From Candidatus Moraniibacteriota bacterium (GTDB lineage Bacteria > Patescibacteriota > Minisyncoccia > Moranbacterales > UBA1568), in contig JBBIRD010000005.1 in assembly GCA_037441965.1 (NCBI GenBank), positions 1 to 56,536 on the forward strand: a DNA stretch of 56,536 nucleotides. The letters run 5' to 3'. The translations under genes and the position numbers were made by a program. Below the pieces are notes generated by a model, which saw only the letters and a program-made list of their open reading frames with translations, was not told the DNA's origin and did not search any database. This document shows, in pieces, positions 35,517-45,432 of this stretch. The number at the start of each line of letters is the position of its first letter. Positions within the stretch are counted from its first letter, which is position 1.

Positions 35517-38000
35517 CTACAAAGATTTCTCTGCAAGTTTCATACGACTCATAATTTCACGATTGACAATATTTGCATCACGACCATAACGAAGTCGTGA
35601 AAGTTCTTTCAATGCGTTTGCAATTTCTTGATTCCCTTGCGTTGGAGCGTAGGTTTTCATATTAAATGGTTTCGTAAGCTCATTATTCATCAGCAATCGA
35701 GCGAAACAATTTCGATTATCAACATTCATCAAGTCACGAGCTGTAAATACTGGTAAAAATTGCTTTTCAAGGAATTCAGCGTCTTCTGATCCGATACGAA
35801 AAGCAACAAGCGATCCCACATTACCAAAGACTGCTTTAGATATTTCTTCTTTCAACTGAGCAATAAATTGGTGTGCCATAGTTAATACCAATTTATACTT
35901 ACGAGCCTCAGAAAGAATTTGTGCAATCGAATTTGTCGTTACATTCTGGAACTCATCCATATACAGATAAAAATCCACACGCTCGTCTTCTGGAGTATCA
36001 GTACGAGAAAGTGCTGCCATCAATATTTTTCCCACAATAACCATACCTAACAGACGCGCATTAATCTCACCAATTTTACCTTTTGAAAGATTCACAAGAA
36101 GAATCTTTTTATTATCCATAATTTCGCGAAAATTCAAAGTACTTTTTTGTTGTGCGATAATAGGACGCATCATATCATTCGAAATGAATGTTGTAAGTTT
36201 AGAAGTGATGTAAGGAACCATATTTGCCAAAGCAGCTTCCCCTCCAGCTTTCTCCGCTTCTTTTGTCCAGAAATCATATGCGATCGGATTATTACATTTG
36301 GAGAGTTTATACTTACGAAAATCTTCATCAGCAAGCACTTTAGAAATTTCCATCAAAGTTGATCCACTTTCCGGATCTTCCATAATAAGAAGCATCGCAT
36401 TCCGCATATATTGTTCAAACATTGGACCACCCGTTGCTTTTAAATCATATAATTGATCAAAAATACCAATCATCTCATTTATCACAAAAGTTTTCTGTTC
36501 TGGATGTTTCGGATCGTATTCAAGCATATTGAGCCCGATCGGTCTCTCAGTATCTGATGGATCAAAAAGAATAACATCTTCGGCACGCTCTTTGGGTATC
36601 GATGCAAGAATATCCTCAATAGCATCACCGTGTGGATCAATAAAACAAAAACCATGCCCTGCGTGAGCGTCTTTTTTCGCCATCTCCTGAAGATACACTG
36701 ATTTACCAACACCTGTTTGTCCAATAACATACATATGACGGCGACGATCTATTTCTGTAATGCGAATATCTGTTTTCGTACCACGATAATCATTATATCC
36801 TAAAAGTAATCCATCTTTTGGAACATTCACTGGTGGTGGAGCAGCGCCTGCTTTCAACCATTTTATTTTAGGTGTTTCTGTTGTAGAAATAGGAAAATGA
36901 AAAATACTTGCCAACTCTTCAACAGTAAGAAATATATCTTCTTCGTCATCAAAATTACGAAAAATAAAATCATATATTACGCGTTTTTCTTTGATACGCT
37001 TTTTCACACGAAAACTATTGACTTCAGGATTCGAAAACTGACCGAAGGCATTTTCCATATGACTCAATATTTCTTCAGCGCGTGCTTGTGTATTAGAGGA
37101 TGCAATAAGACGGATATTAGCTCTAAATGCACCCTTATTCGATTTTTCATCAATAGATTTTACAAGATCCTGCTCTTCAGGAGTAAGATTCACAATCTTT
37201 TTCTCTTCAGAGGAACTTTTCTTTTGATTCAAAGCTACACTCAACAAATCTTTACTCAACGCAGATGACATCTCTCCAAGTTGTGATCGATTTGCATCTT
37301 TCAATCGTTTTCCTTCTTGCATTTTTTGTGCAATTTTCTTCCCATGAGCACGCCATTTCCTATCGGCAGGAGAAAGAATAATCTGTATTGCAGCACCCTC
37401 TGAAATACCTTGAAGCTTACTCAAAGAGTTAGAAATTTCATTTAACGGATCAACATCTACGGTACGATAAGTACGGAGAGGAAGAGAATGTGCATGCGAG
37501 AGATCAAGCAGAGAAACAGCTGTATAACTTTGAGGAGAAAATATCGTATAATCTGATACTTTTTCAATAACAGCATGCGGAAAAAAACTATGTATTTGTT
37601 TTTCTGCGTTTTCTCGAAAAATTTTTGGAACTGAGAGATAGAAAAAGATTTCCTCACTTGTCGAAGGATTTACAATTTCACAGACAATGGTCGGAGTATC
37701 AAAAAAAAGTCGTTTCAAGAAATTTCCTTTCGGCTTTAACATTGTAAAAGAAGAAAATAATTGCTCCATAGGGAAAATCTCTTCTTTCCAACTATCTGCG
37801 GATTGCTTTCCTTCGCCCTCTGGGACTTCTTTGCGTGTTACTTTGATCACTTCCAGATCCATATTCATAGACTGATTGACCTGATAACGAAAACGAAAAA
37901 AACTTCGTATGACCAGATAAAAACCACTCACAAGGGTAAGTGAGGCAAAAAAATATACAAGAGGGACGAGAACAATATTGAAATCAAATACAGACGCCAT
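35517..38000 (-). CDS. VirD4/TraG/TrwB-like type IV coupling ATPase
   Basis: N-terminal TM; Walker A VIGQTGVGKS; FIDPHGD; Walker B FYLYMDEFQN. Confidence 0.8.
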   Translation of the reverse strand: MASVFDFNIVLVPLVYFFASLTLVSGFYLVIRSFFRFRYQVNQSMNMDLEVIKVTRKEVPEGEGKQSADSWKEEIFPMEQLFSSFTMLKPKGNFLKRLFFDTPTIVCEIVNPSTSEEIFFYLSVPKIFRENAEKQIHSFFPHAVIEKVSDYTIFSPQSYTAVSLLDLSHAHSLPLRTYRTVDVDPLNEISNSLSKLQGISEGAAIQIILSPADRKWRAHGKKIAQKMQEGKRLKDANRSQLGEMSSALSKDLLSVALNQKKSSSEEKKIVNLTPEEQDLVKSIDEKSNKGAFRANIRLIASSNTQARAEEILSHMENAFGQFSNPEVNSFRVKKRIKEKRVIYDFIFRNFDDEEDIFLTVEELASIFHFPISTTETPKIKWLKAGAAPPPVNVPKDGLLLGYNDYRGTKTDIRITEIDRRRHMYVIGQTGVGKSVYLQEMAKKDAHAGHGFCFIDPHGDAIEDILASIPKERAEDVILFDPSDTERPIGLNMLEYDPKHPEQKTFVINEMIGIFDQLYDLKATGGPMFEQYMRNAMLLIMEDPESGSTLMEISKVLADEDFRKYKLSKCNNPIAYDFWTKEAEKAGGEAALANMVPYITSKLTTFISNDMMRPIIAQQKSTLNFREIMDNKKILLVNLSKGKIGEINARLLGMVIVGKILMAALSRTDTPEDERVDFYLYMDEFQNVTTNSIAQILSEARKYKLVLTMAHQFIAQLKEEISKAVFGNVGSLVAFRIGSEDAEFLEKQFLPVFTARDLMNVDNRNCFARLLMNNELTKPFNMKTYAPTQGNQEIANALKELSRLRYGRDANIVNREIMSRMKLAEKSL

Positions 38001-38035
38001 TTCTTTTTGTTTTATTTCTAATTTCTTTCGTTTTT

Positions 38036-38452
38036 TTAATCTTTTTTAATTAAACCTTTGGAAAGAAGGCTCTCATAAAATTTATCAACTAATTCATCAT
38101 GCATACGGTCGAGCGCATAATAATCACCAAGCGATCGAGCAACATTCACTGCGTGCACCAAACCTTTTGTACTCGCAAGATCGACAAGTTTCTGAATTTT
38201 ACTTTCCTCGTCGGTACTTTCAAGAATATCCTTCGTATCTTGTATATGCGATTCTGTACTCTTTGATAATTCTTGTGATAACGGAACAGAGGATTGCGAA
38301 AGAATCGCTTGAAATTTTCTTTCTGACTGCTCACTCACATTCTCTTTGGAAGGCTGTTGCTCAAAAACAATAGAAGAATCTGGTGCTGTTTTACTCTTAT
38401 ATTCTGACACATCTTGCAATATTTCTCCTTCAATTTTTTTTTCTTCTGCCAT
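38036..38452 (-). CDS. small acidic hypothetical protein (138 aa)
   Basis: ORF in operon with the coupling ATPase; E/S/Q-rich. Confidence 0.55.
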   Translation of the reverse strand: MAEEKKIEGEILQDVSEYKSKTAPDSSIVFEQQPSKENVSEQSERKFQAILSQSSVPLSQELSKSTESHIQDTKDILESTDEESKIQKLVDLASTKGLVHAVNVARSLGDYYALDRMHDELVDKFYESLLSKGLIKKD

Positions 38453-38472
38453 AATACATATTATCTCACAAA

Positions 38473-38778
38473 TTATGCAATGCCTGCTATCATCTCTTCT
38501 TTAAACTTTGTTACTACTCCTCGAATAAAGATATTATACCCTGGAATCTTACTTTCGAGAAATGCCTCAATTGTTTCCTGTGTTGGATTTTTTTCCAATA
38601 ATGCTTCGTACTCTTTTGAACCAGCTTCTCCTATTTTTTCCATTGTTTCAATAAAAATACGCTTCAAAAGTGCTTCTCCGATTTTTGCTAACATCTCTTC
38701 TTTTTTCTCTTCTGGAATATCTTCCAGATGAAAATCCTGAATAAGTTCTGCTTTCAATGCTTCTTGATCAAGTACCAT
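38473..38778 (-). CDS. small acidic helical protein (101 aa)
   Basis: ORF in operon; helical E/K-rich; resembles small CPR-specific orphan families (from memory, unverified). Confidence 0.55.
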   Translation of the reverse strand: MVLDQEALKAELIQDFHLEDIPEEKKEEMLAKIGEALLKRIFIETMEKIGEAGSKEYEALLEKNPTQETIEAFLESKIPGYNIFIRGVVTKFKEEMIAGIA

Positions 38779-38801
38779 AAGAATAATTGTTACTTTTTTA
38801 T

Positions 38802-41750
38802 TTAATTACTTGTTGTAAACAAACCAAGTCTTTGTCCTTTTGGAATAAACGGTGCTACTTTCTTCAAATAATCCATAACTGTTGCATCCGGATGAGTATA
38901 AAAGAAAGTTTTTTTATCAAAACCAGTCGCATACTTATCTATATTCTGAGAAAAATCAGCAAAATTTTTCAACTGTTCACCATTCATACCTGTTACATAT
39001 CCACTCAAAGATCCTTCTTTGTATAATCGAGCATCTTTGATCATATCCATAATTTTTACTTGTCCTATCTGAGATTTATCAATAATAAAATCTTGACCTA
39101 ATGCAGGATTTTCTGTACGGAATATCTGCATATACCAATCATCAACTCGTGATTGAAGAGATACATCAAATGGTGTTTCAAGGGAAGTCTCTACTGGCGC
39201 GGTCGCTACAGATTCAGACACACTCTGAGAAACAGTATTTGAAATATCAGGACTTGATGATGTTGTCATTTGAGAAAGAACAGAATTATTATGTACAACA
39301 GTTTCATTTCCTTTCAAAATATTATCGACTATCTCATTGGTAAGTGTTACATTTGGATGAGTGCGAGCAAAGTCTGCTATCTTTGCATCGTTTGAAGCAA
39401 TAGAGGCAATGTGGTCAGGAGAAATAGCTTTTGCATGACCAAAGGCGTTATCGACAAAATCCTTATCAATACCATGTGAAGAAAAATTAATTGTTTCACC
39501 TGCCTTTAATTGCACATCACCATATTGATCTTTCAGTGTATCAATAAAATAATCTCTCTCTGATCCCTGAAGTCCCATTTTATCTGCCAATCCACCTGCT
39601 ATTTTCCATACTGAATCACCCTTTTGTACAACATAATCTTGATGAATAAAATCACTCACTTCATCTGGTTTTAGAGTGTCTGCAATAGGAGGAACATTGG
39701 CATTGTCAACTGAAACAAACGCTGGTGTTGAAGATATTGGAGATATTTGTGAAGAAGTGTGTTCATTAACATAATTTCGTATAGCATCTACTGACTCATT
39801 TCCACCAAAATGATCCATAGCCATTTGCGTCAAAAAACCAGACCCAACCAAACCACCAACACCAAGAGCGCTAACTTTTCGCAATGTTTTTGCTCGTTTT
39901 TCATTTTGTAATTTTTCATTGAGCTTGGAAATATCATTTTCCAAAAACTCACTGAGTTTATTCAATGCTTGTCCTTCTGTCTTTAATGTTTCTATTTGCG
40001 CATTGATAGCTTCTTCCGCTTTTGCGCTTTCTCTTTTTGATCCTATATTTTCAAGCAAAGCTTCAACACCGACAGCGGTGCCAGCACCACTTGCTATCTT
40101 GCGTAACATCATTACAGAAGCCATAGCCCCGATAGCTGTTCCTCCAGAAAGAGTTGTTCCAATCGTAATGCCTGCCAATGCTCCAGTAAGAAGTAATTTT
40201 TGTTTCAATGGAATGCGATTATACGCTCGACCAAGAGCACCGAGAGAATCTACTATTTTTTCTGAAAATGTTTGATGTTCAGCTTTATATTGCGTTCGTT
40301 CGTTGATGAGATTCGTAGATTCATCTAGCTTATAATAACGAAGCAATTTTGCAATTTTCATTTCTTTCTCTTCTGGAGAAAGAAATCCCTTATTTTGGAC
40401 AGTATCTCTTTGCAAGGCCTGTATTTCAGCATTACACAAATTATTCAAAGCAAGTTCATAAGCAATTTGTGCATCATCTTTTTCTACGCCTTTCTCAATA
40501 CCAAAAAGACTCTTGAATTTTTTCCAAGCGGTTGTATTTTTTACATCAGTTTCCACCCACTTTGTTCGAGCAAGATTTACTTCATTTCTTAAAAGATCAA
40601 TATTACTTATTGATGGTTCTGTTTCACTAGATGGGGCATTTTTTATACTCTCTGATGCTTCTTGCAGAGGTATTTTTTCTTGATTTGGTAATACAAGATC
40701 TCCATTATCTGATGGTACCTCTTGCTGTATTTGAGGTACAGATCGTTCGCTTACCATACCAGGAGTATTCAATACATATCCTTCCTGTCGAAGTTTTTCT
40801 CGCAATGTATCAATAGGAAATGAGCCCATCTGACCTTCTATCTGTATATCAACGTACAAAACATCTTGATAAAAAATATTTTCAATGACCAAATGACTGA
40901 GTGTTCCATCAGCATTCTGCTTCACCCATTGATCTCTAATAAACAATTCATCATAATTCTTTACATCTCTTTCAATATGCTCTGCTTGAGATTCTTCTGA
41001 TGTTAATACATCTTTATCCTCTACATCAAAAGCAGTTTGTTCCCCCTCTTCTTCGGTGCGTAATGCATCCAATCGAGCCTCATGTTCTTTGCGTAAATCA
41101 TCGATATTCCTTGTTGATTCGGTTATCTCTTTCTGCTTATTTTCTTTTTTAGAATGAGTCCTCTTTCGTGGTTTCAACGAAGATTGTACATCAACATCTC
41201 TTGAAGGAATTTGAAAAGGACTTTCTTGCATATTTTTATATTGAGACAAATTAATAGATTGTACTTTCTGTAAAATTGTTTTTAATCCTGAGATATTTCC
41301 TTCACTAAAAAAACGCTTTCCATCTTCTATTAAATCAGCTTTATAGGCATCAAAAAAAAACTTTTTATCATCTGAAACATCCTTGCTCTGTTCTGCAAGT
41401 ATTCGTTCGATATCTTCCATCACGCTGCGAGCCTCATTGGCTTCTCTATGAAACGCAGCCAAACTCAAATCTTTTTTTGATAACATTACTAAATCATTCA
41501 TATCAGGAGAAGAAACGCTTCCTTTTGTATGGATACTAGTACTCGAAACAGGTTGATTTGGAATAAGATCTAAAACCCGTTCGATAAACTCTTTCGCAGG
41601 AATTTCTCCCTTTAGTTTAGGCTGTTTACTTTTCTTCTCATTATTCTGATCAGCTCTCTCACCTTGCTGGTTCTGTTCTCTGAACTTATTTTTTGATTTT
41701 TTTCCTCGATTAGATTGAAACCCTCCAGACTCATCAAAATATTTTGACAT
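38802..41750 (-). CDS. 982-aa membrane protein with a LysM peptidoglycan-binding domain
   Basis: Charged coiled-coil-like N-terminal half; Gly/Ala-rich TM hairpins (LLLTGALAGITIGTTLSGGTAIGAMASVMML; ALGVGGLVGSGFLTQMAM); LysM YVVQKGDSVWKIAGGLADKMGL...LKAGETINF. Confidence 0.75.
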   Translation of the reverse strand: MSKYFDESGGFQSNRGKKSKNKFREQNQQGERADQNNEKKSKQPKLKGEIPAKEFIERVLDLIPNQPVSSTSIHTKGSVSSPDMNDLVMLSKKDLSLAAFHREANEARSVMEDIERILAEQSKDVSDDKKFFFDAYKADLIEDGKRFFSEGNISGLKTILQKVQSINLSQYKNMQESPFQIPSRDVDVQSSLKPRKRTHSKKENKQKEITESTRNIDDLRKEHEARLDALRTEEEGEQTAFDVEDKDVLTSEESQAEHIERDVKNYDELFIRDQWVKQNADGTLSHLVIENIFYQDVLYVDIQIEGQMGSFPIDTLREKLRQEGYVLNTPGMVSERSVPQIQQEVPSDNGDLVLPNQEKIPLQEASESIKNAPSSETEPSISNIDLLRNEVNLARTKWVETDVKNTTAWKKFKSLFGIEKGVEKDDAQIAYELALNNLCNAEIQALQRDTVQNKGFLSPEEKEMKIAKLLRYYKLDESTNLINERTQYKAEHQTFSEKIVDSLGALGRAYNRIPLKQKLLLTGALAGITIGTTLSGGTAIGAMASVMMLRKIASGAGTAVGVEALLENIGSKRESAKAEEAINAQIETLKTEGQALNKLSEFLENDISKLNEKLQNEKRAKTLRKVSALGVGGLVGSGFLTQMAMDHFGGNESVDAIRNYVNEHTSSQISPISSTPAFVSVDNANVPPIADTLKPDEVSDFIHQDYVVQKGDSVWKIAGGLADKMGLQGSERDYFIDTLKDQYGDVQLKAGETINFSSHGIDKDFVDNAFGHAKAISPDHIASIASNDAKIADFARTHPNVTLTNEIVDNILKGNETVVHNNSVLSQMTTSSSPDISNTVSQSVSESVATAPVETSLETPFDVSLQSRVDDWYMQIFRTENPALGQDFIIDKSQIGQVKIMDMIKDARLYKEGSLSGYVTGMNGEQLKNFADFSQNIDKYATGFDKKTFFYTHPDATVMDYLKKVAPFIPKGQRLGLFTTSN

Positions 41751-41811
41751 ACTTATTTTCTTTTGTTATCTATCTTTGCTATAATTGTATCATACAAAAT
41801 AAAAAAAATAT

Positions 41812-43422
41812 ATGCCTTCACTCTCTCATTATCATTTGCGTCATATTACCGTGCGAATTATTCTGCTCCTTATCCTGATCCTCGCCTTCGTTGTCAGAAT
41901 ATATCATATAGATACTTTACCTCTTGGTATTTATCCAGATGAAGCAGCAAATGGTGTTGATGCATTGCAAGCATTAGAAACTCATAACTTCAAACTTTTC
42001 TATCCTGCAAATTATGGTCGTGAAGGACTCTTCATCAATCTTCAAGCTCTCTCCATTTCCTTATTTGGTAATACTATTTTCGGACTAAAAATCTGGTCTA
42101 TCCTTTTTGGAACACTTTCTGTGCTTGGTATATATCTCCTAAGCATTGAACTCTTCCGAAGGCGCATATATGGGCTTATTTCAGCATTTATGCTCGCGAC
42201 ATCCTACTGGGCTATCAATTTTTCTCGTATTGGATTTCGTGCCATTATGACAACCTTTATACTCACTTTTTCTTTTTATTTCTTCTTTCGAGGTCTTCGT
42301 ACAAGGCGATTCTTCCCTTTTCTTTTTTCTGGTCTTATTTTTGGTCTTGGTATTCATACCTATATCGCTTTCCGTATTGCACCTCTTATTCTTCTCCTGC
42401 TTTTACCCGCACTCCTTCTCTCGTACGAAAACTTTCTCAAACGCTATTACAAGCATGCTCTCATATTCATTTTTGGAGCTTTTGTTTCTGCACTTCCGAT
42501 GTTTTACGATTTTTTCATCGCTCATCCAGAGGATTTTGGATCACGATCAGAAGCAGTATCTATTTTTTCTCCATCCATAAATCACGGAAATATATTTGGA
42601 ACATTTACCCGTGCTATCTCCCTTTCACTTATCAAATACAATTTTTTCGGTGATCAAAATTGGCGACACAATTATGCTCCTTATCCTCTTCTTGACCCAT
42701 TTGTTGGAACATTTTTTCTTGCGGGGTTTCTCTTTATTTTTTTTCAAACTCTTCATCTTCTCTTTATTCGTATTCGTTACCATAACAGAGATATGCGACT
42801 CGTCATCAACACTTTTCTCCTTGGATCATTCTTTACGATGCTTATTCCTGAATTTTTAAGCGGGGAAGGATTACCACATGCTCTTCGTTCTATTGGGACA
42901 CAAATGCCAGTATTTCTCATAGCTACTCTTCCTATTATATGGATTTATAAAAAAGCTCGAAGATCAAAAAATGGCCTAAAAATAACACTTCTTTTTCTTC
43001 TTTTTTTCTCACTTTTCAGTAGTGCTTGTTTCAATATTACGAAATATCTCATTTTTTTTGCAAGAAACACTTCGGCTCCAGGATCTTTCAATGAAAACTA
43101 TACCAATATGGGTCGGTATCTTCTTTCTCTTCCGCCTGAAACAAAGAAATACATCCTCTTTGACGATCAAGGAAACGAAGATCTCACCAAACTTCCTGTA
43201 TATGCTCATCCTGTATATTACCTAACCTACAATAAAGTGAAAAATATGGAGATTATCAAAGGAGACACTCTCATTTACGGTCCCGCTATTTTTCTTATGG
43301 TCAATTATAATAACACTCTAGAATCTCGTTTACGAGAACGATTTCCTGATATGAAAGTTGAGCGCATTGATATGAATGGACCGCGTCCTTTCGCAGATTT
43401 CAATGTTATCATATTGCCATAA
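41812..43422 (+). CDS. GT39/ArnT-like polyprenyl-phosphate-dependent glycosyltransferase
   Basis: Polytopic; first-loop motif GIYPDEAANG; about 11 TM segments followed by a soluble C-terminal domain. Confidence 0.75.
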   Translation: MPSLSHYHLRHITVRIILLLILILAFVVRIYHIDTLPLGIYPDEAANGVDALQALETHNFKLFYPANYGREGLFINLQALSISLFGNTIFGLKIWSILFGTLSVLGIYLLSIELFRRRIYGLISAFMLATSYWAINFSRIGFRAIMTTFILTFSFYFFFRGLRTRRFFPFLFSGLIFGLGIHTYIAFRIAPLILLLLLPALLLSYENFLKRYYKHALIFIFGAFVSALPMFYDFFIAHPEDFGSRSEAVSIFSPSINHGNIFGTFTRAISLSLIKYNFFGDQNWRHNYAPYPLLDPFVGTFFLAGFLFIFFQTLHLLFIRIRYHNRDMRLVINTFLLGSFFTMLIPEFLSGEGLPHALRSIGTQMPVFLIATLPIIWIYKKARRSKNGLKITLLFLLFFSLFSSACFNITKYLIFFARNTSAPGSFNENYTNMGRYLLSLPPETKKYILFDDQGNEDLTKLPVYAHPVYYLTYNKVKNMEIIKGDTLIYGPAIFLMVNYNNTLESRLRERFPDMKVERIDMNGPRPFADFNVIILP

Positions 43423-43491
43423 CTTATCTTAATAGAAATATAATATAATTACAGCATTATTTTCTTACAGAATAATGCATATCGCAAAAAT

Positions 43492-45390
43492 ATGAATTTT
43501 CTCAAAAAACACGCTTTGCTTATCGTTATTGGTATTCTTTCTTTACATTTCATTGTAGGACTGACAATTTCTCGTCAAGAATCAATGATCTATGATGAAC
43601 GAGCACATATTCCTGCTGCTTACAGTTATGTTCGCTATGGTGATATGCGACTCAATCCAGAACACCCTCCTCTCGTCAAAGATCTTGCAGGACTCCCTCT
43701 CCTCGCTATGAATCTTGTTTTTCCCCTTTCTGTACCAGAATGGCAAACAGGTACCAATGAACAATGGACAATGGGTGATATTTTTCTCAACTGCACTAGA
43801 CCGGAGATTGCCTGCAACAATGCTGATCGTATTCTCTTCTGGTCACGAATGCCTATTACCCTCCTTGCCGTCATTTTAGGATTTGTTCTTTTCTTTTTCA
43901 CTCGTGAACTTGCAGGAACACTGGCAGGACTTTTTGCTGTCATACTCTATGCTTTCGATCCAAATATCATCGCACACAATCATTATGTTACTACTGATAT
44001 CGGCATTGCTCTTTTCTTATTCCTCGCTTTCTATACCTTTATATATTTTTTGAAAAAACCAACGATAAAGAATATGCTTGTTGCTGGTATTTTTCTTGGT
44101 CTTGCTGAACTGACAAAAGTTTCTGCCATTCTTTTGTTTCCACTTTTTGGACTTTTCGTTCTTCTTTTTATTTTTACAAAACATAAAGAAGCTGGCGATT
44201 ATAGAGAAAATAAAATATGGCGATGGTATATTTTCCTCGAATATAGTATGAAGTTTATTGGTATCATACTGACATGTTTTATCATCATTTGGACAGTATA
44301 CACTTGGAATACCATTCATATGCCGAGTCACACACTCGTTGATTCAGCTAATCTTTACCTCTCACAAAATAATGCACCAGCACATTTTGCTCACGATCTT
44401 GTAGTACAAACCAGTAAAAATGTTTTCCTTAAGCCATTCAGTCAGTACTTCCTTGGAGTTGCTATGATTTTTGCACGTGTTGAAAGTGGTAATCCTCATT
44501 ATTTCCTTGGTGAAGTAACTATGGAACCATCAGTGTGGTATTTTCCTCTTGTCTTTATACTCAAAGAAACTCTCCCTCTTATCATTCTTCTCATACTTAC
44601 AACCTGTTATACCCTGTATCGAATAGGAAGAAATCTCGCGGAAAAGAAAACTTCTTTCTGGGATTTTTTTGCGCATTCTTTCCAAAATAGAATCGCTCAA
44701 TATCTTATGTTCACTTTTATTACGCTCTATGTCTATGTCAGTCTTACCGGAAAACTCAACATCGGCATTCGTCATCTCTTTCCATTGTTTCCTCTTTTAT
44801 ATCTTTTAATATCTAAAACTCTTTTCGACTTTTTTCATCGTCATAATGATGATAAAATATCAAAAAAAATGTTTTCAATTCTTATCGGTATAACCATATT
44901 TATTATCATATCTATTCCAGTGCTTACCTATCCAAATTATCTTTCTTATTTTAACATTGCTGTCGGTGGTAATAAGAATGGGTATCACTATGTCACAGAC
45001 TCTAATTATGATTGGGGTCAAGATCTCAAACGAGTGAAAGAGTTTGTCGATCTTCATAATCGTTGCAAGAAAGGCGAAGAAAAAATAAATGAAGAAAAAG
45101 AATGTGCTCTCACAAGAGAATATCCGACTATTGAAAAAATTCGCGTCGATTATTTTGGTGGCTCTTCTCCTGCGTATTATCTTGGCGATATGTTCATTCC
45201 TTGGTGGGACGAAAGAGATCCTGAACCAGGTTGGTATGCTATCTCATCATTTTTTTACCAAGAAAGTCTCTATAAAAAGAAACCTCTCAATAGAAGAGAT
45301 TATTCCTGGCTGAAAGAAATACAACCCTTAAGGAGAGTTGGCGATTCTATATTTATCTATTATATTCCTGCTAATGTAAAGGAAAAATAA
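43492..45390 (+). CDS. GT39/PMT_2-like polyprenyl-phosphate-dependent glycosyltransferase
   Basis: Polytopic; first-loop motif IYDERAHIPAAY; NPEHPPLVK. Confidence 0.75.
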   Translation: MNFLKKHALLIVIGILSLHFIVGLTISRQESMIYDERAHIPAAYSYVRYGDMRLNPEHPPLVKDLAGLPLLAMNLVFPLSVPEWQTGTNEQWTMGDIFLNCTRPEIACNNADRILFWSRMPITLLAVILGFVLFFFTRELAGTLAGLFAVILYAFDPNIIAHNHYVTTDIGIALFLFLAFYTFIYFLKKPTIKNMLVAGIFLGLAELTKVSAILLFPLFGLFVLLFIFTKHKEAGDYRENKIWRWYIFLEYSMKFIGIILTCFIIIWTVYTWNTIHMPSHTLVDSANLYLSQNNAPAHFAHDLVVQTSKNVFLKPFSQYFLGVAMIFARVESGNPHYFLGEVTMEPSVWYFPLVFILKETLPLIILLILTTCYTLYRIGRNLAEKKTSFWDFFAHSFQNRIAQYLMFTFITLYVYVSLTGKLNIGIRHLFPLFPLLYLLISKTLFDFFHRHNDDKISKKMFSILIGITIFIIISIPVLTYPNYLSYFNIAVGGNKNGYHYVTDSNYDWGQDLKRVKEFVDLHNRCKKGEEKINEEKECALTREYPTIEKIRVDYFGGSSPAYYLGDMFIPWWDERDPEPGWYAISSFFYQESLYKKKPLNRRDYSWLKEIQPLRRVGDSIFIYYIPANVKEK

Positions 45391-45432
45391 AAAACAATCA
45401 GAAATACATTCGTATTGTTTCTTTTTTCTCTA

